A stretch of 63,889 nucleotides of DNA, counting the filler, from Acidimicrobiia bacterium (lineage in GTDB: Bacteria > Actinomycetota > Acidimicrobiia > Spongiisociales > JAHEDJ01), in assembly GCA_029210695.1 (NCBI GenBank). It is 4 parts of 4 records of this genome, joined end to end, with 100 filler letters (N's around TTAATTAATTAA, not from the genome) between each part and the next. Parts side by side here need not be neighbours in the genome. Positions count along the whole stretch, not along the records: positions 35,018 to 52,322 come from JARGFH010000070.1; positions 52,423 to 63,889 come from JARGFH010000085.1; 2 more parts are not named here. The stretch is one strand, 5' to 3'. Position numbers and translations under genes: made by a program. Of the stretch, positions 42,403 to 52,608 are shown piece after piece. Numbering within the stretch: the stretch's first letter is position 1; the number at the start of each line of letters is the position of its first letter. The notes under the pieces were generated by a model that saw only the letters and a program-made list of their open reading frames with translations, had not been told where the DNA came from and ran no database searches.

Positions 42403-43148
42403 CAGGTCGCTGCCAGGAGCGGCATTTCATCCCAGGTCCGCTCGTCGAGTTGTCGCCCCCCTGACTTGGGCGTCCGTCCTCCCCACTGCTTGAAGAAGAA
42501 TGGGACGCCGGCAGCCAAGCATTGGTCGCGAATGTCTTCGGCCCACATAGGATCCATCGGCCGTGCCCTGGGGCCGCTCTCTCCTCCAACGATCACCCAA
42601 TCGATACCCGCGAGATCGAGAGTGGCCAGAGGACCGAGAAGCGGCTCAAGGCTTAGGAACCGGACGGCTGCGGGAACTTCACGGAGATGGTCGATCCGGA
42701 ACCGATACTTGTCGTTCTCGACGCTGACACCCATCCAGACATTCGCCGGCCAATCGAGTTGCGATGCGACCTTCTTCAGCCCCTGAGATCGCTTCGTTAG
42801 AACCTGATAGGTGTGTTGTGGGGTGTCTCCCATGACATCGAAGACTTGCTGGATGAACTCGAGCGGAACGTCCGGATGGAACAAATCGCTCATCGAATCG
42901 ACGAAGACGACCCGGGGCTGCCGCCAAGATCTCGGGAGGTCGAGGACTTCGGGGTGGAGCGTGAGTCTGAAACCTGGGCCAGATGTACGAGGGTCGCCAT
43001 CCTCCTGATACTTCTCCGAGCCCATCGCCTTCAGTCGCTTGGCGAGAGTGAGGGCGTAGCAGTTGTCGCAGCCCGGAGATACGCGATCACACCCGGTCGT
43101 CGGATTCCACGTCGCCTCGGTCCACTCGATTCCACTGTGATCAGCCAA
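42402..43148 (-). CDS. DUF5131 (phage Gp37/Gp68 family) three-Cys radical-SAM-like protein
   Basis: [57 protein letters not shown]. Confidence 0.92.
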   Translation of the reverse strand: MADHSGIEWTEATWNPTTGCDRVSPGCDNCYALTLAKRLKAMGSEKYQEDGDPRTSGPGFRLTLHPEVLDLPRSWRQPRVVFVDSMSDLFHPDVPLEFIQQVFDVMGDTPQHTYQVLTKRSQGLKKVASQLDWPANVWMGVSVENDKYRFRIDHLREVPAAVRFLSLEPLLGPLATLDLAGIDWVIVGGESGPRARPMDPMWAEDIRDQCLAAGVPFFFKQWGGRTPKSGGRQLDERTWDEMPLLAAT

Positions 43149-43202
43149 GGAGGCTCCTCGTCGTTTCACAGCACCGAAGATACGCCGTGGCTATGACAGA
43201 CC

Positions 43203-43709
43203 TCATCGCTGTCTCACGGATCGTTCCGGCGTAGGAACCCTGCGTTGACCACGCAACTCGCGAGTCACGCCACCGAACACTTCTCGTCGCCCGGGCCGCC
43301 GAGTCCTCCCTTGCCACGCCGGCGGCGGTACCCAGAAGAACCGCTCGCCAAATGGCAGACCTTCCAACACCAGCGTATTAGGACCTTCAAGCTCAGGGCG
43401 CCAATCCACCGCAGACAGTCCATTAATGGTCACAGGAAGGGTTCCGTCGTCCGGAGCCCACTGCATCTTCAGGTACCGCTGTCCATCCGGGGTAGCTTCG
43501 AAGTAGACGTTCAGGATCGTGAGAGGGCCGCCGCCGCGATTGAGCACCGTGACATCCAATCGTTCCGAGTCGTGGTAACGACGCATCCGAACTCGAAGGC
43601 GTGGACGTCTTACCCACCAGAGGTCATAGGCGACGAAGGCAAGAGTCACTGCGGCGAGAACGAAACTGCCCCACTCCCTGAACGCAATCCAGTCGACCGC
43701 TAAGGACAT
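43203..43709 (-). CDS. Hypothetical protein with N-terminal TM anchor
   Basis: One TM helix then beta-rich region; TGATG coupling to the methyltransferase stop. Confidence 0.55.
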   Translation of the reverse strand: MSLAVDWIAFREWGSFVLAAVTLAFVAYDLWWVRRPRLRVRMRRYHDSERLDVTVLNRGGGPLTILNVYFEATPDGQRYLKMQWAPDDGTLPVTINGLSAVDWRPELEGPNTLVLEGLPFGERFFWVPPPAWQGRTRRPGRREVFGGVTRELRGQRRVPTPERSVRQR

Positions 43710-46342
43710 CAATCGACCTCGTAGACCTTGAGGACCTCGTCGCCGTAGTGGTTGATGACTTTGACGGCGATGCGGCCGGTCTCAGGCGTGGCGAAGGGGC
43801 GGCTGACAGTCGAGTACAGGGACGCCCATGACCCCTCGTCGATCTCGGTGCGGAGGGTGCGCTGGAGGCGGTCATAGGGCTCGTCGCCACCGGTGAAGTA
43901 GGCGTGACGGACGAAGAAGCTCTCCTGGTTGTAGTTGGTGTCGATGAACCAGCACGCTATGTCGTCGGTGGAACTCGATCGCACCTCGCCGGTGGTCGGG
44001 TCGTAGACATCCACACCGAGCAGCTCGACGACGAGCTCGCCTTCCTCTTCTTTAATGTTGACGTCGGGCTCACCGAAGACTGTGAACAGGTTCCCTGCTC
44101 CAGTCTTCTTGAGGAGGTCCTCACCCATCATCAGATCCGGGTTCATTCGGGCTGGGAGCACAACCAGATCGCCGAACTCACGGGCCGTCTCACCAACGCG
44201 GGCATCAAAGGCGAAACCGCAAACGACGAGGATATCAAAGCCGACACCTCGCACGGCCTCCTTGGCAGCCTCCTTTATGTGGGTCGGGCCGACGGTTCCG
44301 TGTTCGGGACCGACTGACACCGCCACCCGCTTGGTATTCTCCTCCTTGTCCGTAAACTCGCCCGATGCCTGGATCCAGGCACCGGCAAACGGCTCCAACG
44401 TGTCAAAGGTCAGACGCTCGCCCTGCTTGGTGTTCTGGACCCCTGCCTTGCGCAGGTTGGCGAGGACCGTTGGAACAAAGCCCTCTGCGTTCGGATCGAT
44501 CCCGGCGGCGACCTCGGTAGCGGGCCGCTCCTCGTCAGGGTCGAGCACCCGATGCGGCGACAGACTCTCGACAGTGAAACGGCCCGTCACCCGCACCCGC
44601 TTGTTGTCCTCATAGGGCTGGTCGTACAACAACTCCTGGTCCGCGTGACGGCGAATGGCCTCGTCGACCTGCTCCCGAGCTATACCCTCGCGGATGTCGG
44701 GGTTGTTGGCGATTGACTTCAACGTGACGTGGGGAACCCGTTGGTATACGAAGCCCCTCTTCACGTCACGCCCAACCGGGCCGTCAGCAAGAGGAATCCC
44801 CGTCAGCTCCATCTCCTTCACCTTGCCTTCTTCCGAGTCTGCGAGGAGGTAGTAGGGGAAACGCGCCGACATCAGGCGAGTGCGGGCCAGAGCGAGTGCC
44901 ACCCGAGAAGTGTCGATCGTGATCCACCGACGACCCCCCTCTTCAGCAGCGTAGGCCGTCGTCCCGGAGCCACACGTGGGATCCAACACGAGGTCGCCTG
45001 GATCGGTCGCCATAAGGATGCAGCGCTCCACGAGGCTCACGGAGCTCTGGACGACATACCACTTTCCCTCGGAGCGACTCTGTTCGGCGCCTGAGATATC
45101 TGCCCAGAGATTTGAGATTTCCTGCACTGGGAAATCGTCAAGGAACCTCTTGTATCGGAGCCCTCCGCGTGATGTCATTTGCACACGATCTGCGGTGACT
45201 AGTTTCGCCCTACCCTCCGAATGTGTCTTCCAGTGGTGGTTACCTCTCAGGACGTACTCCTTGCCGTCCACGACCCACTTTCGGTCTGCGGGATCAGACG
45301 ACACGCCCTCGCTCGTTAGATCCCCCATCTGATATCGACGAGCACCACCAGGAAGCTCGGCGACTCCTACCTTTTCTTCGGGTGTCATGGAACGAGTCGA
45401 TCCGTCGGCCATCTGAAGCTGGTCATAACGAGCGGCTGCATCGTCGGACTTCCCGACGAACAGCTGGCGATACTTGGTTTGCTCGGCGCTCTTGCCGTAT
45501 ATCAGGAGATAGTCCAGGGTCGCAGCGACATGTCTCGACTGGACACCGGTCGTCTTCCTTACTGCAATCTGGTTCAGGAAGTTCTCGCTTCCGAAGACCT
45601 CGTCGAGTAATGCGCGGACGAGGTGCACGTTCTCATCGCCGATCTGGACGAACACGGTCCCGGATTCGGTGAGAAGATCATGGGCCACGACTAGGCGATC
45701 CCGCAGATAGGCCAGGTAGGAATGGATCCCTTTCTCCCAGGTGTCTCGGAAGGCGCGGATCTGTTCGGGCTGCCGCGTGAGATCGGTGTCCTTGCCGTCC
45801 TTGACGTCACGTTTGCGGGTGCTGACCTGCCAGTTGGAGCCGAACTTGATCCCGTAGGGCGGGTCGATGTAGATCATCTGGACCTGGCCGCGGAGGTTCT
45901 CCTTCTCGGCGAGGCTTGCCATCACCTGGAGGGAGTCGCCGAGGATGAGTCGGTTCGACCAGTTCACGCCGTGGTGGTAGAAGTCGACGAGTTCCTCGAA
46001 TTCGAGCCCGTTGAATGCCTCGAACAGCGTCGGCTCGTTGGAGCGTTCGTCTGTGTTGCGGCGTAGGTCCTCGATGATGGCTCGAGGTTCGATCTTCTCC
46101 TGGATGTATATCGGGGGCACCGGAACGGTTAGGTCCTCTCCGTCCTGCTCGTCTTTGCCTTGCCACACCAGCTGAGGATCGAGGGAGGGATCCCTCGCGT
46201 AACGAAGCTTGGAAGGCTTCTTCTCGTCGGACGCGACGAAATCGCGTAGCTCTTCGGTCGGGATGTTGGCGCGGGTGTCGGTGTGTTCCACTGCTTCTAC
46301 CGGGGTTGGTCCCGTCGCCTTTTTACGTGATCGTCCCGCCAA
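43709..46342 (-). CDS. mod: Type III R-M-like N6-adenine DNA methyltransferase
   Basis: IYIDPPY precedes DPTCGSGTT (beta class); C-terminal IAVKVINHYGDEV. Confidence 0.9.
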   Translation of the reverse strand: MAGRSRKKATGPTPVEAVEHTDTRANIPTEELRDFVASDEKKPSKLRYARDPSLDPQLVWQGKDEQDGEDLTVPVPPIYIQEKIEPRAIIEDLRRNTDERSNEPTLFEAFNGLEFEELVDFYHHGVNWSNRLILGDSLQVMASLAEKENLRGQVQMIYIDPPYGIKFGSNWQVSTRKRDVKDGKDTDLTRQPEQIRAFRDTWEKGIHSYLAYLRDRLVVAHDLLTESGTVFVQIGDENVHLVRALLDEVFGSENFLNQIAVRKTTGVQSRHVAATLDYLLIYGKSAEQTKYRQLFVGKSDDAAARYDQLQMADGSTRSMTPEEKVGVAELPGGARRYQMGDLTSEGVSSDPADRKWVVDGKEYVLRGNHHWKTHSEGRAKLVTADRVQMTSRGGLRYKRFLDDFPVQEISNLWADISGAEQSRSEGKWYVVQSSVSLVERCILMATDPGDLVLDPTCGSGTTAYAAEEGGRRWITIDTSRVALALARTRLMSARFPYYLLADSEEGKVKEMELTGIPLADGPVGRDVKRGFVYQRVPHVTLKSIANNPDIREGIAREQVDEAIRRHADQELLYDQPYEDNKRVRVTGRFTVESLSPHRVLDPDEERPATEVAAGIDPNAEGFVPTVLANLRKAGVQNTKQGERLTFDTLEPFAGAWIQASGEFTDKEENTKRVAVSVGPEHGTVGPTHIKEAAKEAVRGVGFDILVVCGFAFDARVGETAREFGDLVVLPARMNPDLMMGEDLLKKTGAGNLFTVFGEPDVNIKEEEGELVVELLGVDVYDPTTGEVRSSSTDDIACWFIDTNYNQESFFVRHAYFTGGDEPYDRLQRTLRTEIDEGSWASLYSTVSRPFATPETGRIAVKVINHYGDEVLKVYEVD

Positions 46343-46358
46343 GTTCAATCCCCTCGTC

Positions 46359-49349
46359 TCATGCTGCTCGTCGTTCTTGGATGAAGGCCCGGATCGTGGT
46401 CTGGGCATTCCACGGGTCGGTGATCTCCACGAACTCCCACCGTCCGAACCCACCGTGGGCGTTCACCGCCGGGATCCACAGGGTGCGGGCGGTGTCCACT
46501 TTGGCTTCTTTGTCGCGCCGCTGGGCGCCCGACACTTCGACGATCAGGCTGAGTGGATCGTCGTGGCCATCATCGAGGTGAACGATGAAGTCGGGGATGT
46601 ACTGACGTTGCTGACCGTCGATGGTGTAGGGGATGGTGAAGCCGAGATTGTGGTTCTTGACGTAGGACACCACCTCGTCCATGTCCTCGAGCGTCTGGGC
46701 CATCTTTTGTTCCCACGACTCGGTGTCGGCCACTACGTGGGAGATGTGGCACTTGGCCGGGTCGGTCAGGTAGGTGGGCCGGGTGGTGTCGAAGTCGACG
46801 TAGCGGGTGCTGCCGACCGGGTCGAAGGGTCTGAGCACCGGTTCGAGCACCGGCCGGGTCTCCTGTTCGGTGCCGGCACGGACGATCGCCCGGTAGATTT
46901 TGTCGATGGCGTCGTCCTCGAATCGGCGGATGCGGAGCATCTGGACGAAGGCCTTGTCCTTCAGGGTGACGCATTCGGCCATCCACCGTCGGACCAGTCG
47001 CAGCAGCGCCGGGAACGCCCACGGTTTCTCGAATCCGGCGTCGTCGCGGAAGTAGCGCTGGGCGAGGCGGCGGGACAACTCGAACTCGATCTGTTGGGCC
47101 CGCCAACCGCGCAGGTCGTCGAGCAGGAAATGGGTGGCGCTCTCTCCGACGATGGGAGCTACCTCGACCTCGGTCGGAAGACCCTGGGTTGACAAAGCGA
47201 GGCGGTCGGTGTCGGCGAACGCCACCTCGGGTAGGCGTCCCTCCAGCACGTAGCGATACCCAACGAGGCGGGGAAACGCTATCTCGGATGCGATTCGGTC
47301 CTCGAGCGCCCTGACATGAGTGAGTGGCGGCCCCGGCTTGGGGTCGGGAGCCGACCCGGCGGCGGGGATGAACGAGAACGGCACCCCGTACACCTCGGCG
47401 TACTCGGGCGGGAACATCCCGTCCTCGTCGGCGGTGTATGAACGACGTCGCAGCCCTCTCCCCACCACCTGCTCGCACAGCAACTGCGTGGAGAAAGCGC
47501 GAACTCCGAGGATATGGGTGACGGTGTTGGCGTCCCAGCCTTCCGTCAGCATCGATACCGACACCACGCATTTGACGTGCTCGCCGAGCCTGCCCGGCTT
47601 GCCAACTGTGTTCATTACTTCGCGAAGCAGGTCCTCGTCGGTGAGGTCGTCGGGATCCCTTCCCGGGAACCGTTGGCGGATCTCGGATTTGAACTCCTCG
47701 ATCTCGCCGGCCGCTACCTCCTTGAACGCCCGGCTCATCGCCTCACCCGACTCCAGTTCCCGGGAGTCGATAAGGATGGTGTTGGGACGGGCCAGCCAGC
47801 GGCCGTCGGCGGCGTTCGAGAAGATGCCGAGCTCCCCCGGTCTGGCGACGGCCTCCCCCGCAGGCGTTTCCACCTCGTAGCCGGCGATGAAGTCGTAGAC
47901 AAGCTTCGATACTGCGGTGTTGGAGCAGACGACAATGAACACCGGAGGGGTCGAGGCGCCATTCGTGGCCCCCGCACTTCGCTCCCACCGGCGGTATGCC
48001 TTCTCGTAGTTCCCGTACAAGGTGCGTAGAGCGCCCTCCAACTCGGCGGGAAGTCGCGGCTCGCCAGGGTCCTCGGCGGTGCGGCGACCACGCTTGGGCA
48101 GCTCATCGGAGATCCGCACCCAAAGATTGCGATAGGTGACACCCTCCCCCGACATTGAATCGTCGGCGACCGGCACCCGCGGCACCTTCACCACCCCAGA
48201 CTCGATGGCGTCGATTAGGGAGAAGTCGGACACCACCCACGGAAACAGCGTGCCCTCCGAATAGCCCGAACCACGAAGGAAGAATGGAGTCGCCGACAGG
48301 TCGAAGACGGTCTTGATCCCCAGCTTTCGGTTCACCGCCTCCAGGCCGGAGATCCAGACCCGAGCCTCCTCCTCCCGCTGGTCGGCCTCCTTGCGCTCTT
48401 CACCCTTCAACTTGACGTCTTCGGCATCGTCGTCGAGCCGGCGTCGGTAACAGTGATGGGCCTCGTCGTTCAGGACCACTATCTGCTTCGAGGAAGTCCC
48501 CAACTCCCGACAAACGCGGCGGACCATCTCGTCGGGGGATTCCTGAAACGACGACTCAGGGAGGATCTGCTTGGTCAGCTTGGGAACGCTCCCAACCTTC
48601 GACCGGAGTTGAAGGCCGTGGAAGTTGGTGATGACGATCCGCGCGCGACCCAAGTGTTCCCGCAAATCGGCTGGCACCAGGTCACGTTCGCGGTAATAGT
48701 CGTTCGGGTCCGAAGGCAGCAGAACCCGCAGGCGGTCGCGAATGGTGATACCCGGTGTTACGACCAGGAACCGGTCGGTGAACCGGCTGTCCTGGGGACT
48801 CGCCGCCTTGTTCAAGGTGTGCCATGCGATGATCATCCCCATCACCACAGTCTTTCCGGTGCCGGTAGCCATCTTCTGAGCCACCCGGAACAGACCCGGG
48901 TTGTGGCGGGCCGACTCCTCCCTGAGCAAGTTCACGATCCAGTCGTCGCCAAACTTGCCGGCCGCCTCGGTGATGTAGATCGCCGTCTCGAGCGCCTCGA
49001 TCTGACAGAAGAACAACGGACGCTCCCGCCCGGAATCGCTCCAGAACTCGAGGAGGCGGCGTGTAGTGGGGGTGACGCCCCGGTGGCCGCCTTGACGCCA
49101 CATACCGACTCGTTCCCGGACCCGGTTGATCGTCGGGTTCTCCTCGAGACGATCCGAAGTCCACTCCGTCTCAAACGTCTGCTGACCTCCCCGTTTGCGC
49201 GCCGACGCAATCGGAACAAAGTACGAACTCGCCCGGCGACCATCGACGACATCCGACGTGATGCCCTCCTCATCGAACCTGAAATGCCGGCCGGGCTGAC
49301 GGAACGGCGAGTTTATGACCGGGTTCTCGATGACGGCGTCACGTGGCAT
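46359..49349 (-). CDS. res: Type III restriction endonuclease/helicase (BPTD_3080-like)
   Basis: MATGTGKT, NDEAHH, MLTEGWD, EQVVGRGLRR, PDFIV..IVEV nuclease motif. Confidence 0.9.
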   Translation of the reverse strand: MPRDAVIENPVINSPFRQPGRHFRFDEEGITSDVVDGRRASSYFVPIASARKRGGQQTFETEWTSDRLEENPTINRVRERVGMWRQGGHRGVTPTTRRLLEFWSDSGRERPLFFCQIEALETAIYITEAAGKFGDDWIVNLLREESARHNPGLFRVAQKMATGTGKTVVMGMIIAWHTLNKAASPQDSRFTDRFLVVTPGITIRDRLRVLLPSDPNDYYRERDLVPADLREHLGRARIVITNFHGLQLRSKVGSVPKLTKQILPESSFQESPDEMVRRVCRELGTSSKQIVVLNDEAHHCYRRRLDDDAEDVKLKGEERKEADQREEEARVWISGLEAVNRKLGIKTVFDLSATPFFLRGSGYSEGTLFPWVVSDFSLIDAIESGVVKVPRVPVADDSMSGEGVTYRNLWVRISDELPKRGRRTAEDPGEPRLPAELEGALRTLYGNYEKAYRRWERSAGATNGASTPPVFIVVCSNTAVSKLVYDFIAGYEVETPAGEAVARPGELGIFSNAADGRWLARPNTILIDSRELESGEAMSRAFKEVAAGEIEEFKSEIRQRFPGRDPDDLTDEDLLREVMNTVGKPGRLGEHVKCVVSVSMLTEGWDANTVTHILGVRAFSTQLLCEQVVGRGLRRRSYTADEDGMFPPEYAEVYGVPFSFIPAAGSAPDPKPGPPLTHVRALEDRIASEIAFPRLVGYRYVLEGRLPEVAFADTDRLALSTQGLPTEVEVAPIVGESATHFLLDDLRGWRAQQIEFELSRRLAQRYFRDDAGFEKPWAFPALLRLVRRWMAECVTLKDKAFVQMLRIRRFEDDAIDKIYRAIVRAGTEQETRPVLEPVLRPFDPVGSTRYVDFDTTRPTYLTDPAKCHISHVVADTESWEQKMAQTLEDMDEVVSYVKNHNLGFTIPYTIDGQQRQYIPDFIVHLDDGHDDPLSLIVEVSGAQRRDKEAKVDTARTLWIPAVNAHGGFGRWEFVEITDPWNAQTTIRAFIQERRAA

Positions 49350-49518
49350 TGCCGGGCCTTCTCATCGGAGTAGCCCTCGCGCCGAGACGGACGGAGAGTC
49401 TGTGGGCTTGGCTCGCTTGGCACGTGAAGTCGTCATTCGTGAGACCTACTGTAGTTTCGCGCCCTCCGACGGCCTGTGACCCAGGCCGCGCAGACCCGAG
49501 GGAATGGGACAGGACACA

Positions 49519-52206
49519 TCAGTGGACGGTCAGATCCAGACCGCGCCCGGTGGTGCGCTCCGTCTCTCGGCCCTGCGTTCGGCGTTCTTCCATGAGCCTA
49601 CGAACATGGCGCTCGAGCCGGTCGAACCGATCTTCGTCACCTGGATCGGGTATCTGCCGAGACCGGTGGGGATCCAGCTCTTTCTTCCGAGCGACCGCGG
49701 GCTGGTCGATCCAGTCGCGGGTGATCGCTTGGGTGAGCACGTCGAGGGCCGTCTGGTTGCCGTCTGTGACGACGTAGGCGTGGTTGGCTTCTCGGCCTCG
49801 GGTCATGGGCGTGTAGACACCACGGCTGTCGGTCGGGGTGTCGACCAGGAGGAGGCTGGTGTCGACGGTGCGGCCTTGGGTGGCGTGACTGGTCTGCGCG
49901 TAGCCGAGCTGGACGTCCTCGGCCACGTACTCGGCGGGGACCCGGATGGTGCCGGTGCGCCCGTCAAGGGTGACGCTGTCATCGGGGTGGATGGTGGTGA
50001 CCGTCCAGTGGTCCCGGTTCTTGACCATCAACCCCCGGTCGGTGCAGAGCCTCCGGTCGTTGCGACGGGTAACCACCTCATCCCCCACCAGCATCGAACC
50101 CTCGCCGATTCGCAAGGAGGGTGCGTCGACGTCGAGTTCACCGATCCCGATGCGAGTGTGTTGGGCGAGCCGGTTGAGCCGATCCACGGTGTCGGCACTG
50201 TTGGCCATCAACGCCACCGTCTCGCCCCGGCTGCGGGCCTGCTCCCAGGCGGTGACGACCTCGGCTTCCATCCCTTCGCGGGTGCCGCCGTGGAGGCGCC
50301 CCCGCTGCTCGTACTCGGCGAGCACGCCCGGGTCCCCGGCACGGAGCCGCAAGCTGGCCTGGCGCTCCCAATGGTGGCGGAAGCGGTGAACCTGGTCGAG
50401 TTCCACTGCCCCCAGGCTGTCGACAAGGTGGCCGAACATGCCGCCCCGACCCACCGCGGAGAACTGGCGGGCGTCGCCGACCAGCACGACCCGCCAGCCG
50501 TGCCGGTCGGCAAGTCGGGCCAGTTCGGCCAGCTTGGGGGTGGCGGCGGTGGCGGCTTCGTCGACGATCACCGTGCTTCCGGCCGGGAGGTCGTAGCCGG
50601 GTTGGGGTGGCCGGGTCGAATCACGATGCTCAATGAGCAGCTTGTCCAGGGTGTCGGATGGCATCGCGGTCTCGGTGGCGAGGACTTCGGCTGCCGCTGC
50701 GGTCGGCGCCACACCGAACGCCAGACGGCCCTGGGCGGCGAGATTGAGCACCGCGGCGGCGAGCATGGTGGTCTTCCCGGAACCGGCAGGGCCGACGATC
50801 AGCTCCAGCCCTCCACGGTCCGTGACGGCGACCACCGCCTCCGCCTGCGCTGGGGTGAGCTCCTCGCCGTAGCCGGTGGTCAGCGCACGGGTATGGACTG
50901 GTTTGTCCGCCCGGCGACTGTCGGCCCACGCGATCAGGGTTTGTTCTTCGTCGAGGATGGTCTGGGTGGTGAACGCTCGATCTACAGCCGCTTCGCTGAT
51001 CGGCCTGCCATCACGCCGAAGTGGAACACCGGCGGGAACGGGTCGGGAGATGTCCACACAGCGGTTGGCGGCTGCATGGTCGGCGAGTCGCTGGAGGAAC
51101 CCGGTCAACTGTACCGAGTCGACGGTGACAGACGTCGGCACGGCTGCGGCCAATTCTCGGACCAGCTCGGCGGGCCGCCACGAAGACTGGCGCTCAGCCA
51201 GCGAGCCCAACGCGTTTTCGGCCAGCAGGACGGCCGTTTCGGAGTCGATGCCCTCGAGACCACGCTGGCGGCCGACCACACCCTCGACGAGCCCGGCCGG
51301 TTCGTGACCCAGCGCCCGGACCCGCTCCTGCCATTCTCGGCGCAGCTCGGCCGGGGTGGGGCTGTGAGGTTTGGCGGGTCGGCTGTCCACGGCCGCCTCC
51401 CGTTCCAGTTTCCATCGCTCGCGGGCGGTGGGGTCTCGCTCTAGATCCGTGCGAAACCGGTCGAGCTTCTCATCCAAGCGGCGTTGCATGTCGTTGGTGC
51501 GTTGGGAGAACTCTGCCAACACGTCGGTGTCGAAGTCGGCCATCTCGGCGATACCATGGTCGGGTGGTTGCCAGCGGACGCCGAGGCGACAAGTCATCTC
51601 GGCTCGCAGGTTGGCGTGATACAGGGCCGAAAGGGTGCGCTGGTCGAGTTTGATGGTGCGGGCGTCCAGGGCCAGCCAGCGGCCGTCGGCTGCCGGTACC
51701 CGGTTGGCGATCACCGCGTGGGAATGCAGCTGGGGGTCGAGCTTGCGGCTGGTGTGCTGTCGGAACACCCCCACCACGATCCCCTCGGCATCCACGCACA
51801 TGATCTGGCCGTGGACGCGCATCCGGGTATGGGCGTGGGATTCGACCCAGCCCAACACCGCCTGCACCGCACACTCGTGCGCGTCCACCACCTGACGGCG
51901 CACCTCCTCGTCGCCCAAAGCGAACAGGACCGACACCGACTTCGGCGCCGAGAACGTGGCGTCATATCCTCGCACCGACCCGTCCCCGAACCGGCGTCCC
52001 AGGTCCTGTCCGGTCGTCGGATCGTGTCCGGCCATCACTTCCAGGAAGGCATCCGAGTCGACCACGCCCCCGAGACCCAACCGGTCTGCTCCCTGACCCC
52101 ACCAGCGGCCCGGAGGCTCGTCACCGTTGAGATAGTAGGAGGGCAGGTGCTCGGTGTAGTAGCGGCCCGCCCCTGCGCCCTTCAACGTGGTCACCCGCAC
52201 CGTCAT
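49519..52206 (-). CDS. mobF: MobF (TrwC-type) relaxase-helicase
   Basis: N-terminal YY..YY, DATFSAPKSVS, DPQLHSH, GPAGSGKTT, VDEA, SHATQGRT. Confidence 0.93.
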   Translation of the reverse strand: MTVRVTTLKGAGAGRYYTEHLPSYYLNGDEPPGRWWGQGADRLGLGGVVDSDAFLEVMAGHDPTTGQDLGRRFGDGSVRGYDATFSAPKSVSVLFALGDEEVRRQVVDAHECAVQAVLGWVESHAHTRMRVHGQIMCVDAEGIVVGVFRQHTSRKLDPQLHSHAVIANRVPAADGRWLALDARTIKLDQRTLSALYHANLRAEMTCRLGVRWQPPDHGIAEMADFDTDVLAEFSQRTNDMQRRLDEKLDRFRTDLERDPTARERWKLEREAAVDSRPAKPHSPTPAELRREWQERVRALGHEPAGLVEGVVGRQRGLEGIDSETAVLLAENALGSLAERQSSWRPAELVRELAAAVPTSVTVDSVQLTGFLQRLADHAAANRCVDISRPVPAGVPLRRDGRPISEAAVDRAFTTQTILDEEQTLIAWADSRRADKPVHTRALTTGYGEELTPAQAEAVVAVTDRGGLELIVGPAGSGKTTMLAAAVLNLAAQGRLAFGVAPTAAAAEVLATETAMPSDTLDKLLIEHRDSTRPPQPGYDLPAGSTVIVDEAATAATPKLAELARLADRHGWRVVLVGDARQFSAVGRGGMFGHLVDSLGAVELDQVHRFRHHWERQASLRLRAGDPGVLAEYEQRGRLHGGTREGMEAEVVTAWEQARSRGETVALMANSADTVDRLNRLAQHTRIGIGELDVDAPSLRIGEGSMLVGDEVVTRRNDRRLCTDRGLMVKNRDHWTVTTIHPDDSVTLDGRTGTIRVPAEYVAEDVQLGYAQTSHATQGRTVDTSLLLVDTPTDSRGVYTPMTRGREANHAYVVTDGNQTALDVLTQAITRDWIDQPAVARKKELDPHRSRQIPDPGDEDRFDRLERHVRRLMEERRTQGRETERTTGRGLDLTVH

Positions 52207-52322
52207 GCCAGGCTCCTCCGCCACCGTCTACCGCAGGTGTGCACTCGTCTGTCCTGAAAAGCTTGGGATCGTGGCTGGGTGGACATGGGATCTCCGTCCT
52301 CAGGTGGACCTGGGCTGCGAGT

Positions 52323-52422
52323 NNNNNNNNNNNNNNNNNNNNNNNNNNNNNNNNNNNNNNNNNNNNTTAATTAATTAANNNNNNNNNNNNNNNNNNNNNN
52401 NNNNNNNNNNNNNNNNNNNNNN
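52323..52422. other. Artificial contig linker
   Basis: N-run with TTAATTAATTAA. Confidence 0.95.
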
Positions 52423-52496
52423 AACAGTGGGTATTCCCTCTCAGGAGGTGGGGAATTTCAGTGAGCAGGTCTGGGGAGTTTCAATGAGCGTGGTCA
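52423..52496 (+). mobile_element. IS21-family IS end
   Basis: Tandem subterminal repeats TGGGGAATTTCAGTGAGC / TGGGGAGTTTCAATGAGC ending in CA. Confidence 0.75.
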
Positions 52497-52608
52497 ATGC
52501 CTCGGCATCAACCTTGCGACTGAACGTTCGGGACCGCTCCTTGCGCGCCGGATCGACATAGCGGACCTGCTACTTACCAGTGTTTGGGTGCTTGCGGATG
52601 TGTGCCAC
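52497..52608 (-). pseudogene. Tyrosine integrase N-terminal remnant cut by IS21
   Basis: MAHIRKHPNTGK*QVRYVDPARKERSRTFSRKVDAEA: arm-binding N-terminus with TAG in place of Trp. Confidence 0.7.

Noticed and set aside
49504..51444. 646-aa plus-strand ORF
   Set aside because: Antisense shadow of mobF, common in high-GC DNA
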